A model generated the notes under the pieces. That model searched no databases. It had not been told where the DNA came from and saw only the letters and a list, made by a program, of their open reading frames with translations. A stretch of 63,917 nucleotides of DNA, the filler included, from Rhabdomonas costata (taxonomy: Eukaryota): NCBI GenBank assembly GCA_019059605.1. It is 35 parts of 35 records of this genome, joined end to end, with 100 filler letters (N's around TTAATTAATTAA, not from the genome) between each part and the next. Parts side by side here need not be neighbours in the genome. Positions count along the whole stretch, not along the records: positions 25,592 to 27,319 come from JAHMHO010009975.1; positions 27,420 to 29,147 come from JAHMHO010009976.1; positions 29,248 to 30,975 come from JAHMHO010009977.1; positions 31,076 to 32,843 come from JAHMHO010009978.1; positions 32,944 to 34,671 come from JAHMHO010009979.1; positions 34,772 to 36,499 come from JAHMHO010009980.1; positions 36,600 to 38,327 come from JAHMHO010009981.1; positions 38,428 to 40,155 come from JAHMHO010009982.1; 27 more parts are not named here. The stretch is one strand, 5' to 3'. Made by a program: the position numbers and the translations under genes. This document shows, in pieces, positions 26,520 through 38,456 of the stretch (its first letter is position 1; each line of letters opens with the position of its first letter).

Positions 26520-29500
26520 CTTACAAGTGACGTTAATGAAAAAGACAACAAAAAGCAAGAAGGGTGAGCGTGAACGCAAATAGGGGTTTGGGGGCGGGAA
26601 GCCCATGAATGCCCTCATATTCTATTGTGTTTCCAGTTTAGGCAGCCAGGGTGAGTGAAGTGGCTACGCAGGTGAAGCCTGGTCGACTCCGAGGATGACA
26701 TCCTCTTTACAAAGTCGCCGAAAACACCTAATGATAGGTCCTTCTCTCAGAGGCTGTATCTCCACGCGGGCACCGACGGCATACCGTGGAATTGAGGTCC
26801 GCCTTCTCTGAGATCAGATTGGAAAGAAGGACTTGGACGCAGGAAGCGGATCCCAGGGAACCCTTTGCGAGGAGATGGAAGTTACAAAAGTTACGGGGTA
26901 AGGAAGATGGCCATGCAACAGCGAAGGAATGCCAGTTTATCCACAAATCCCAAACCCCGGTTTCGTGAGCCCAGGGTCCCTCAGAGGATTCCTTGTATTT
27001 AAGAATCTGGAATCGGGTCCATTTATGTTTTTTCCGCGTTGGCTGTGCTGTCATTGCAAAAGGGGAGTGAAATCCAATGTGTTTCCGGGAAACGGGGCAC
27101 GTCGACCCCATGTACCCCTTCGCTATTTGCCTGCACCATCGACAGAGTTCCAGGCTGCTGCACTACTGCGATACATCCACTTCGCATGCGTGCAGAGGTG
27201 GAGGAGGAAGGTGACAACGGCAACACACACACACTTCGGTCATCTCAGCGGCACACATGAGTGCGGTCTTCTCGTCCTTGTCTACTGCGTTCACGTCGGC
27301 CTTCTTTTTCACAACCACANNNNNNNNNNNNNNNNNNNNNNNNNNNNNNNNNNNNNNNNNNNNTTAATTAATTAANNNNNNNNNNNNNNNNNNNNNNNNN
27401 NNNNNNNNNNNNNNNNNNNTTGTTTTTGTTTTTACAAATGTGGCATCAAAGAAAGTAGAGGTTGGATGGATATGATCGCGTTCCATCTGGCCACGTCTCA
27501 CTGACCCAATTCACATCCCAACGAAAAAAATGGCCGTGATACGCGTGGTGAACCTGGAATCGAATGGAAGCCTCAGATACAGTCCCACCAAGGGGCGCTG
27601 ACAAAATAAATACTGCTATTAAAATTGATTTGAACCCCCCCTCGTCATTTTCTTTCTGAGAAGCTCGGAATGAAAACTGGAGCCGATTTATTGAATTCTC
27701 TGATGTAAGGTGGGAACTGATACGCACTTTCGCGTTTTTCATTTTTTTTTTTGGAATTGTCGTTGCTGAGCTTTGGCAGAAAATGAAACGGATTATTTTG
27801 GGTGCGAAGGCCAGCGCCGCGGCGCGGCCTGATGAGAGCGCGGATGATTGGGCCATTTCATGGGGAGGGTGCTGCACCGCTTACAGTGCAGCTAAACGAT
27901 CAAATCGGACCCTTGGGGGGGGGGGGAGATGTTGTTTTGAGGACACCGGGGTTAGGTAAATTGTATCAACAACCACTAAATGCATTTATTTTAGACAAGC
28001 GGGGGTTAGGTATACTGCTTTCCTACCCCTTAGGCAGACATGATTTAAATTAGGCGGGGTTAGGACATTAATGACAGTTTAGCAGAGATAAAAGTTTAAG
28101 CCGCCCCCCCTGAAAAAACTTCAAGGGGCGCAGAAGGTGAGCAGTCTGGGACCAAGAGGTGCCCATAACTATCGCCACCCAATATACCTCCGCTGTGGCC
28201 GGAGCGTTGCTGTGGGATAGTGGACGGGAGGACGCCGTGGCGGCGGCGGTGGAGCAGCTCAGGGCGCCGCGCTGGGCGGCCTCGCGGAAGATCCCTCGGT
28301 ACAGTTCCTGCACTGTGAGCCGCTGGGGTGACGCCCCACGGGCTGTGACCGGAAGATTGGGTGCTTGCGTTTGTGCGCGTGTGGTGGCGGTGCAAGGCGA
28401 GTTCCCGTCGTCGATGAAACGCGTAGCGCCGGACCGGCTCTTTTTTGCAAAAAAAAAAAAATTCCCCGAATGGTTTTCAGGACTCAGCCAACTGTCTGTA
28501 TTACGCGCTGACCAAGACATTTTCAAGGCAGGGGCGAAAACAAGGGGCGAAACGCCTTGCCCTTGTTCGAATCACATCCCTTGCTTTTGGGCAATAAAGA
28601 GCAGTACAAAACAGACGTCCTCACTCCTTTTCAAATTAGGGAGTCCCCTTCATCCGAAAAAGAGCCCAAAACAAACTAAGTATACACTCATGACAGGCAG
28701 CTTCTGCAAAGGGGCGTTCCCCTTTGACGTGTACGATTAGACCAAACCTGGTGACTTCTTCGTCTCAAGTTGGGAAGGCTCGGCCAGCACCACCGTGGGG
28801 GCCCCACTAGCAGCAACCAGAAACGGACCCGCCCCGGCAGACATCACCACGGCGACTACCACAGCAGCACATAGGGCCCCTGCCGCCACACTGCAGGCTG
28901 CCATGCCACCTGCGGAAAGTTCGGTACACACACGACATCAATAGAAAGAGCTCAGAAGACCCCCATCCCACCCCTAAAAATGAACGTTACATGTCGAGAT
29001 TCCACCGCAGCGCCGTGATAAACATCCCAAGGAGCCCCAAACAGATGGAAGGATGTGACTGAGCGCACATCCCACATACGCGGCATCTAACACCGGTGGA
29101 ACAAGAGTAATCAAGGAAATGGTGATCCACACAATGCACCCACAAACNNNNNNNNNNNNNNNNNNNNNNNNNNNNNNNNNNNNNNNNNNNNTTAATTAAT
29201 TAANNNNNNNNNNNNNNNNNNNNNNNNNNNNNNNNNNNNNNNNNNNNTTTTTGTGGTATTCGGCATTCTGGGGTGGAGGTTTTAGGTCTTGGTGAGTGTC
29301 TGCGAGTCGAGGATGGGTGTGTAGTGTGAGCTATTTCCGTGGGTTCGTTGTTGGAGCTTTGGTATTTACTGTTGGTGTTAACTGTTTGATGTTTACTGTC
29401 ATTATTGCGATTTGCTAATTTAGTGGTCGCGGTGTTGGTCGTCGTGATTGGTGTGTTTGATTGACGTTTATTGGCTTTGTGTCTAGCAGACGGCCGTTCA

Positions 29501-31075
29501 ATGATGCTGTATGATCGATGAATAAAGCGAGTAAATAAAAAAGGAAAAAAGCCAAAGTATCCCATTAAAAGTGAACAGTAATGGGTACGCCCATGACGTC
29601 CTTTGCCTTTGCTGTGCGGTGCGGTGGTCACGTGCCCGCTTTGGCAATCCGTGTGTAGTAGTTTGTCGGGGCCACCGGCGCATTCTTGCGTAGGATGAAA
29701 GAATACCTGTAAATGAACCAGCCCTACCAGGTGGCTACGTGTACATACACCAAGGACACACCATTTGTAATGCTGACCCAGATTGTGGAACCTTTTAACT
29801 TTTTTGGGTAACAGCAAGGTGTGTGAACGCCGGTGGGCTCCAAGGAGGGGGTGTTGTTGCAGCCCTTTCCCCCGGACGTGAATAAAGAGAGGCTTCGTTC
29901 CATTGGCGCCCCTATGGGTAATTTGACCCGACCCATTAGGGGATTGATCCCGCGGTTTTGGTTTTTGGATTCTCGGGCGGTAGCGCGTTGGCGCTTCACG
30001 AGAGAAAAATTGGGCGGTGCGGATTTTCAAATTGACTGAAAGTCGGCGCACCTGTGGGCGGCAAGCGGCGTGGATTTGAACACGCGCATATGTTGATTAG
30101 TTATTAGCGCATTAGCCGCCCCATTAACGGAATCGTTTTTGGTGCCCAACAACTGATTGACTGAAAGCTCGTCGTCGGGAATGTTTTTGCCAACGGCGTT
30201 GGTCAGGACAGAGGTTTGTACAGTCTTTTGTTTTGCAGAGTTTTGGAGTATGTATGCGTTCGGGTTTATGTGTCGATGTGAAAATCGGAGACCAGTCTGA
30301 GACAAGCCCGAAGCACCCATTTACACACACCCATGGGCGTCTATGGCACCTATGCCCACACCCATGGGTTGATGCTTTAATCCACCCGACCCACAACACC
30401 CGAGCCCAGAAATGCAAAAAGTTGTCAAAAGTTGAAACCCTGACCCCAACTTCAAACAGCCGACGTCACTATCAAGGACTATGTCTATACGCATGACACC
30501 ACAAAAACCACGAAAACACGAAAAGCGGAAATCTGAAGAGTTAGAAATTCCAAAATGTCAAAAACCTTCAACATCACACATTCCACTTCACTACCCATCA
30601 CTCTGGACGTTCATCAAGTCGTGTCTTTACTGTGCCAAAAAATGATGTTCCGGTGACGTACAGGCTCCAATCCGACAGGCGGTTTTGAAATCAGAACCAC
30701 CAAACGTTCGAACTGGGACCATGTGCTCCGGAACCCATCATGCCATCATACTTCGCACTGTAGACCGGCAAGGACTACCAGAGGTGCAATGCAGTGTAAC
30801 TTACCGTAGCTACAAACAATCGGGCAGTAAGCGTTGAAAGCCATTGAGGCAACAAAAGTGCGCATTAAATGGGGCAAAAAAAAGTCAGAAGACCTTGTCA
30901 TCATTTCTGACCGTCGCTTCTTTTACCAGAGGCGAAATAGGGAGCCAGGGCCAATGGTGCAGAGCCCAACCCACANNNNNNNNNNNNNNNNNNNNNNNNN
31001 NNNNNNNNNNNNNNNNNNNTTAATTAATTAANNNNNNNNNNNNNNNNNNNNNNNNNNNNNNNNNNNNNNNNNNNN

Positions 31076-31710
31076 AGCCCAGAACCATAAGAGATAGCAA
31101 CAACGAGGTGAAGAACCTTTGACTTGGATTCGTGCTCGTGGCGACCCCTGGCAGTCACAGAAAGCTTTTCAGATTTTTTGAGCCACGCCTTTGATTTCGT
31201 GACACATCCTGATTCTTTTGGCCTCGTTTTGTGCACAAAGCTCACGCAATCCAGGTAAAGACCGACGTTTTCCCAAAACGAAGCTGGGAGATGCTTGTGC
31301 TTTTGGCACCAAGCGAGGCGCTTTTTTCGGTCTTGAGCGGATAGAATTCCTTTCCTGCGCAAATTGCTCCACTGCAGACCACCTCGATGCATTTCCCGAT
31401 ATAGGGTGGACAGCGAGACGCATGACAGCAGGCCGCATTCTTTCGCCAGTTGGCGAACCGAAAAATTTACATTCATTTTCCTCATTTTCCCCACTGCTCG
31501 GATGAGCAGGCGCCTCTCTCGAGCCCCAAGCTTACGGTGGCGACCAGCTGGCTTCGGGAAGCTGGTAACAGGTGATTTTTGCAAAAGCTTCTTTTTAATG
31601 AGGGCAACGGAGCCGAGAGAGATGCCACACTTGGCGGAGATGGTTCTGTACGAAGTACCGCTCAATATAAGGAAAGCAGCCAACGCCCGACGGAAAGAGG
31701 TAATCACCAT
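31076..31710 (-). mobile_element. IS630/Tc1-mariner-like DDE transposase, N-terminal part (runs off contig start)
   Basis: Intronless ORF with HTH (SYRTISAKCGISLGSV), GRxxKL linker (GRHRKLGARERRLLIR), second HTH (SVRQLAKECG...VSLSTLYR), RRKGILSxxDRKKRLAWC...FW and the first catalytic Asp in LYLDCVSF. Start at ATG 31710 is a best guess. Confidence 0.88.
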
Positions 31711-31875
31711 AGATGACGAAAAATGCTCAGGAAAGGCCCTGTAAGAAAACCTTAGAAAAAGCGGTAATGAAGGCAAAAAACCACACAAAATATGCATAAT
31801 GAGAAAAATACAGTCATCACTCAACCCTAATTTTCTGCAAAATCACGTTTTCTTATGACAAGAATTCGATTTGTC

Positions 31876-32074
31876 ACGATGCCCAAACGATGCCCATGAC
31901 AATTTCCACGATGCACATAACGATGCCCATTGTTTTTGACGATGCCCCAACTACGTAAAAGGCTATAAACATATAGCCCTTTTATACAATGCTGGGCATC
32001 GTGAAAAGTGCGGGCAACGTGGTGGGCATCGCTCAAAACAGGCGGGGCATCGTGTAAATTGTGTGGGGCATCGT
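31876..32074. repeat. Imperfect palindrome: five ACGATGCCC-like copies, central hairpin, five inverted copies
   Basis: Forward copies at 31876, 31887, 31908, 31920, 31939; stem TAAAAGGCTATA (31956-31967), loop AACA, TATAGCCCTTTTA (31972-31984); inverted GGGCATCGT-like copies at 31994, 32012, 32024, 32045, 32066. Confidence 0.93.
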
Positions 32075-32410
32075 GCGAAAAACGTTCATTAATGTAGTTT
32101 CCACTGGTCTGTAGACGTTCTGCACAGTGCGTTACCTGGTAGGATGAAAACAACAGTCATTATGCTAAGACAATTGGCCAGATATAAGCCTGTCACGGAT
32201 CGCTGCCTGTATATGCTGTATTCATCTCTGCACAAAAAACACGTGCGCACTCCTGTTTTGATTTTGAAACCATTCAAAAATTCAGTGCACGACAACAAAA
32301 AGCTGCTGAGGAGTTTTCCCGGCGTTCACAGATCAGCACAGCAACAAGGCTACGATATCGACCACTCACGAAAAAATATTTACAATACAACGCAACCCGT
32401 CATAACTCCT

Positions 32411-32842
32411 TCAGGCAAAGGGGTAAGAACCGTGCAAAAGCTCCGCAAAGCAGCGAGGGCATGGAATTGCCTCTTGGTGACAATGGACGGGAATAGAAAC
32501 ATTAAACACAAAAACCCGAAAGCGGTTCCGCATCATTTCGTTTTCGACACCATCCATCACACCATTTTGCACATAAACTGGCACACACTTCCCAGTACAA
32601 AAAACGGGGAGATTATTCGATGCTTCCAGGCAAAAGTCTTCATTGCAGAAGGTGCGGGGCTGTGAAAAATTTACAGTCGCCCCATCCAAAAGCAGCAGCA
32701 TCTGGCTCCACGTCAGAGGCTTTCCATCAACCTGGTTAAACCTGAAATCATCCAATAGGATGACTTCCTTGTTGCGAACAGCAGCAAAGCTAAAATTGTT
32801 CATTGCAGGATTCAAGAGACAGCGGAAAATCTTTTCAAGGGG
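32411..32842 (-). CDS. Superfamily-3 helicase C-terminal half (Rep/NS1-type), N-terminus missing
   Basis: Intronless PLEKIFRCLLNPAMNNFSFAAVRNKEVILLDDFR (Walker B)...LLLLDGATVNFSQPRT (B')...PVFCTG (motif C region)...MMRNRFRVFVF (Arg finger)...CPRCFAELL*. Walker A would lie just beyond the contig end. Confidence 0.78.
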   Translation of the reverse strand, partial: PLEKIFRCLLNPAMNNFSFAAVRNKEVILLDDFRFNQVDGKPLTWSQMLLLLDGATVNFSQPRTFCNEDFCLEASNNLPVFCTGKCVPVYVQNGVMDGVENEMMRNRFRVFVFNVSIPVHCHQEAIPCPRCFAELLHGSYPFA

Positions 32843-33009
32843 TNNNNNNNNNNNNNNNNNNNNNNNNNNNNNNNNNNNNNNNNNNNNTTAATTAATTAAN
32901 NNNNNNNNNNNNNNNNNNNNNNNNNNNNNNNNNNNNNNNNNNNTTTTTGGAAATGTGTTCCCACCGTTCAATGATTTAAAATGTCCAGCTGAAAGGCTAA
33001 AAAATAATC

Positions 33010-33213
33010 GGCATTACTTCGGCAGTGTACTCCCATGACATAGGCACCTAAAAGACACGTGCGTCGCCACGTAACCCCTTGCGAGAAATCTATCTTGTCT
33101 TACGGGATTGAGGGTTTTTGCTCATCATCAGTAATTTCCAGGACATTGCAAAGCGGCAACATTGAAAAATGAAACACAAAATAGCAAAGGGAGTACACTG
33201 CCGAAGTAATGCC
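33010..33213. mobile_element. MITE, 204 bp, 25-bp perfect TIRs, probable 8-bp TSD
   Basis: GGCATTACTTCGGCAGTGTACTCCC (33010-33034) and its exact reverse complement (33189-33213); flanks AAATAATC / AAACAATC. Confidence 0.8.
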
Positions 33214-34332
33214 AAACAATCTTTCACTTGGTTCGTGTAGCACCCATTTCACCAAAGATCGACTCTTTGGTTTCCATCTGTCATGTACCTTTCGTTTTGT
33301 GTTATTTTTAGAGTGACCTTGCAGGTAATCATTACTGCGCGCTTCAAAACAAGGCGTTCAGAAGAGAATATGACGGGGAGTGGTTACACGACACATAATT
33401 CTTTCGTTTTTTTGTTTGGATGATTTGTGTTTGTGGGGGGGGGGGACAACCTGAGGACTGAGGCATCCACAAGCCAAGCTGCAGACTACTCTGGATTTAT
33501 CGAACGAATGAATGCTCCGTTTTGGATCTTCTAAGCGGGATCTTTCTAAGAGGGATGCTCTCGAAGTTGTTTTTTGAGGTGCTTGGAGCCGTGCCTGATA
33601 GGTTTCGCGAGACGCCCATGGAGGGGACGCTGCCGCGGGCGCCTCGCAGCGTGCTCAGCTGTGTTGTCGTGTGCATGACATCCCGGGCGTGATACGATAG
33701 AACAGTGAGCTTGTAAGGATTGTGTGTATGTCAAGTGCTCTTTCCATCGTTCATCGACATGTAGCCACCCCATTGCTGTCTCCTTCTTTTCTCCTTCTCG
33801 CATTCTTAGTTGCTTGCACAACGGAAACCGAACTTTAGTATTGGTGCTCCTGCTGTCGACTTGCTGATTTTGCCATTTCCTTTGGTGAAATTCTTCCCAC
33901 CAACAACTCCAAAATTGGGTGGGTGCTTTCCAAACGAGGAAGGACGCTGCTGCAAACCTGCTAACCACATACCTGCACAGCACATTACCCCAGCATTTTT
34001 GTGTTCCGGAACCCACCCACCCTACTGAAGCAAGCAGAGACACTCTGCCACGCCACTGTGCTGCAACCTGACCAGGATCACTGGTGAAGCGTTCGAAGTT
34101 TGCGAAGCATACTATTCATTAATCAAGTAAAAGAATCTACACTGCACGCATACAGGCAGACAAGCCCTCAGTGGAGGGAACGGACAAATTGAAAGACTGA
34201 GTGGATTTCACCTGCTTCCATTCTTGGTTACCTGACGCGGGTAGTGCAGCTCCTCTAAGGGGGGTGCTTTCGTGCTTTGTGAAGATGGAAAGTAGATCGG
34301 GACAGGGGGTGTGGGAGCACGGAAGCCTTCAC

Positions 34333-34422
34333 CTCGGTGTGTGGATCCGTCAGCTGCAGGGCTTTGGTGAACTCGTCGTCCAGGCGTTCCAAGTAGACCA
34401 TCAGATTGCCCTCCACCGCAAC
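34333..34422 (-). CDS. EIF3C: eIF3 subunit C, single internal exon
   Basis: AG|VAVEGNLMVYLERLDDEFTKALQLTDPHTE|GT matches eIF3c 'ERxDxEFTKxLQxxDPH'. Confidence 0.85.
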
Positions 34423-37260
34423 CTGACCACCCACCATACTCATTTCTCCCCAGAGTGCTCTGCCTGGATATTTTGTTAACAGCTTGACATCGGATGGCGC
34501 CAAAATCCAGAAATGGAGGCAGCCACGGAAAAATGGAAAGGGAGGTGATCCGTCCATCCTCCAGGGACCGTCTGGTAGCAGCAGATGGGTGTTTGAATTG
34601 CAGCTAAATTGCATTTTCGCTTCTCAACCACTTGAAAAAAAAAGGTCTGGTAATTACCATACTCCCCCCCCNNNNNNNNNNNNNNNNNNNNNNNNNNNNN
34701 NNNNNNNNNNNNNNNTTAATTAATTAANNNNNNNNNNNNNNNNNNNNNNNNNNNNNNNNNNNNNNNNNNNNCATTAGAGCTGCCTGGAGCACAGGCTTCA
34801 GGCTCTCGGGTCCCAGCACACCTAATCTTGTTGACACCACCTTTTTTTAGGCTTGTGGTATTCAGTGACCATACTGACCCCGTCTTCGCACAAATCACAC
34901 GCTGCAGTCCTCAGCATTATCTCTGCCAAGTCCAAATCAAGACGCGCTGTGTGGAGTTTTGCGTATCCTTGGAAGGCATCTATCGCGGTCTTCTCCATTG
35001 CCATTGTGTATGTGTTCTCCTGGTGCCAGTTGACGCTCAACCACTGTCAACACCATGCACCGGACAGTTTGCGAGTCCTTCCCTTTTCTCCCTCCCTTCT
35101 TCGCCCATCTGCGACGCAGGGAACCCATTGCTCTTACAATTTGAAGTAACAGGTGCTGTGGCAGTGCGTCTGCCTTTTGCTCAGATGCTTATCAAGATGT
35201 TATTGGACAGAGTGGGCTTGGCTTTTCCACTCTCCCTTCCGCGATTTCATTTTTCTTGTTTCATTCCTTGCCACTTTCTTGTGGCTCCTTTTGCCTTCGG
35301 ATGGACTCTCGGAATTTCTGCTCAAGTCCGCTGGTGGACAACAGACGATTGCACCATGTCGAATGGTGCTTTGTCGAGGGGAGCTCACCACACCCCGGAA
35401 TGTGCTCTCTTCGTTCGCGCATCCGCACACCGCGAGGATGAGTAATTTTGGTGCAAGCTTCAGGAGAATGCACACAGCTCTTCCCTGTGGTCCCTTCTTG
35501 CTTGCCTTTGGCGACGTGCATCGCCCTTTCACTACCGCCGGGAATGTTGTACTGCGCAATTCTCCGCCCTATGGCTTTGTGTATGGGTTGTTGATGCCCT
35601 GCCGCGGGCTCCGAGCCCTTTTTAATGTGTGTTTTGTCTCTGTACATTGGATGTATGTTCGACGTTTGACATTATTTTCAACTGAACGCGCCCTTACAAG
35701 GGGAGTTTTCTGCTGATGCTTTTCGTTTCAAACTGGCGATTGAAGCAGAGCGTGCTGCCCTTCGGTGGCGTAATCAGAACTCCACAGCGTGTTTCCCTTT
35801 GCTCTGTCCTCAACCTCAGTATCTTAAATTGCTGAATTGAATTTGAAGTTTTTTTGTTATTAAAACGCAATAGATGTGTGAGCTGAACAAAGCAGTAACT
35901 CTTTCTGAATAAAAAAAGCGGCATGCGGCGCACAAATGTGAGCCGGACTCTGCTATTCCTTCCAGGATGTAAGGGTATTTAAAAAACTTTTGGTTCCGTT
36001 CACTACCCGACAGTTATGCAGTTCAGTGGCCACCCATTCTGCGAATGGAATCGAATGCAGCTGCGGTTGTGGTGCATTGCACCACTGAAATCAGGCACTG
36101 CGCTACTATGAGGCTGACTAGAGAGGTGCTCGGAATGTGATGCCACGACGGCAGAGCGCCTGCAAGTAGACCACCACCAACCACGTTCTCTTGGGATCAC
36201 GTTTTATGTGAGCATTTGCCTGCAGCCCTTTTTTAGCGTGTTTTGACCGTATATTTACGTTACGACCGGCTGTATTACGATTAGGCAATGAGAGCTCGCC
36301 ATCCTATGCCTTGCCAGAAATGCCGTCATTTGTTGTGTTCTCATGTCAGGTTTACTTTAGTGCGGTTCTTTTTGAGAATGAGCATTAGCTTGGGCATGTG
36401 ATGGAGCAGGTTCTGATTTGTTTTCCCAAAGTCCCCCCGCAGAGAAGGTGTTGGTTTGTTTAAAAGAAAGCTTCGGGGGACAGGTGAAACAAACCAAAAN
36501 NNNNNNNNNNNNNNNNNNNNNNNNNNNNNNNNNNNNNNNNNNNTTAATTAATTAANNNNNNNNNNNNNNNNNNNNNNNNNNNNNNNNNNNNNNNNNNNNC
36601 AGCTAAAAGATTGACAGACCGCAGCCAAACCCCTATATGCCCGTAGGCTCTCTGTGGTCATAGGCTTGTGCAGGCCCTGCACAGAGAGGGTCCCTCAAGC
36701 GGCCCCATCTAGCCTAGCTTGCACACTCGCACCATAGGTTGTGGGTGGAACAGTCCGCACCCCCTTGTGTGTGTGGATCCCCTCAATAGCCAGCCCTTGG
36801 GGCCTTGAGGGGTTCCGGCAAAAGGTCCAGTCGGCCGATCAGCTGACCAAAAGCTAACGTGTTCACCACTTTAACAGCCACCATGTCATCATGGAGCGGA
36901 AATTGCACGGGAACTCCCCACCCCCCTCACATGTGGGGTCGCTGTACAGTACCGGGTTGCCGATGCGACCGATCGAAGCTTCCAGAAGGCGGTGCCGCCG
37001 GACATTGTGTTCTCGCTTTTCGTGGTTGATATGATCGCAGCTCATGATAAGTTTGTCAAGGTTTTTACCGCTGGGTGGAACAATTCCATTGGCCGGGCTG
37101 AAGGTGAGGGCTAGATGGGGGCTACCGGCCCCCCTATCTGGTTTATTGCTTCTGCTTCTGCTCGTTTGCTGCATGCCAGAATTCCAGCACCCCACCCACC
37201 GCCCCAGAATCGCGAAAACTCACTGGGCACATACACACATACATTCACACACTCTAACAC

Positions 37261-37948
37261 CTTTGTGCTGGAAGGGCCGTAGACTCGGTTGAGCTTCACC
37301 TCAACATTCGCAGGCACCCAGGTGGGGATGTCCCCCATCCAGGCTGTTCTCTGCAGAGGGAACAGAACTGCCTTCGGCCAAAGACGTCCGGCCTTGTCCC
37401 AACATGACGACTGTCCCCGGACCCCCTCATACTCGTCCAGGAAGAGCTGAGAAACGTCCGCCTCAGGCCTCGTGGGACAGTAGGAGACAATGTCGATAAA
37501 GACCCCCGTAAGGCGGCTGACCAGTCGGGCATCGATGATGTTACGTGCTGCGTGAAATGGGGCAAGTGACTGCTCCATGAGTGCTCTCGTCTTGTCCCCG
37601 GACTTCGTCAACAAGATTTTTTCACCGGTTTGTTCACGTGCCTGCCTTTTTTCTTTCTTTTTTACAGACGCCTTCCTCCCTTTCGAGCTTCTCTGCAGAA
37701 CTTCTTTCCACACTTTTACCAACTTCTGTGTTCTTCTGTCCGTATATATCTGTCTTTCACTGCACTTGGGGGCCCCTCAGCTTCAATTTCCACCCCTTCC
37801 CATTGTGTGCGTGTTTTTCTTCGTGAGCTGTACACAAAAGGAACAGCAGGACTTGAACCGAAGTTGAACGGATGCCTTTCACCAGCTCTGCTCCCAGCCA
37901 GCATCTGCATGTACCCCTCGGTCTCTTCTACCCACAGGTTCATCATCG
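37261..37948 (-). CDS. LicD/MNN4-family phosphotransferase, partial; exons 37883-37948 and 37261-37547
   Basis: NIIDARLVSRLTGVFIDI...LFPLQRTAWMG...WVPANVEVKLNRVYG matches the LicD C-terminal pattern NxIDARxxDxxTGxxIDI / FPL / VP...L...YG. Confidence 0.75.
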
Positions 37949-38167
37949 CTTGGAGAAGCGGGTCGGGTCACGTAGAGGACCGAAACACAACGAAGGAAGG
38001 CTTGGGGGCCCTACCAGCATATCCCTGCCGTGGCGATCCTGCCCCATGAGATTAAATCCTGGGAGTGGGCCTCACTCAGGGTGCTGGTGCCCTTCTGCAA
38101 GAAAGCCACTCTTCCAACTCCCCAACACTGGGGGTATCACCAAGATTGGGGTTTCAGCTGGCTTGGA

Positions 38168-38321
38168 GGGGTCGTATTGGTGGACTTGACCCCATAAGTG
38201 ACAAACACAAGGAAGGGAGGCACTACCATTGCGGTGGGTTACGACCCAAGGTCACTGCAATGGTAGTGCCTCCCTTCCTTGTGTTTGTCACTTATGGGGT
38301 CAAGTCCACCAATACGACCCC
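38168..38321. other. Contig-terminal fold-back, 65-bp perfect arms (probable amplification chimera)
   Basis: 38168-38232 is the exact reverse complement of 38257-38321, ending 6 nt before the gap. Confidence 0.75.
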
Positions 38322-38456
38322 CACAACNNNNNNNNNNNNNNNNNNNNNNNNNNNNNNNNNNNNNNNNNNNNTTAATTAATTAANNNNNNNNNNNNNNNNN
38401 NNNNNNNNNNNNNNNNNNNNNNNNNNNTTGTTGTGGTGAACAGCCCAAATGAGACG

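Noticed and set aside
32844-33213. Linking the MITE to the neighbouring transposase/helicase element
   Set aside because: Separated by an artificial spacer; TIR sequence and 8-bp TSD do not fit Tc1.
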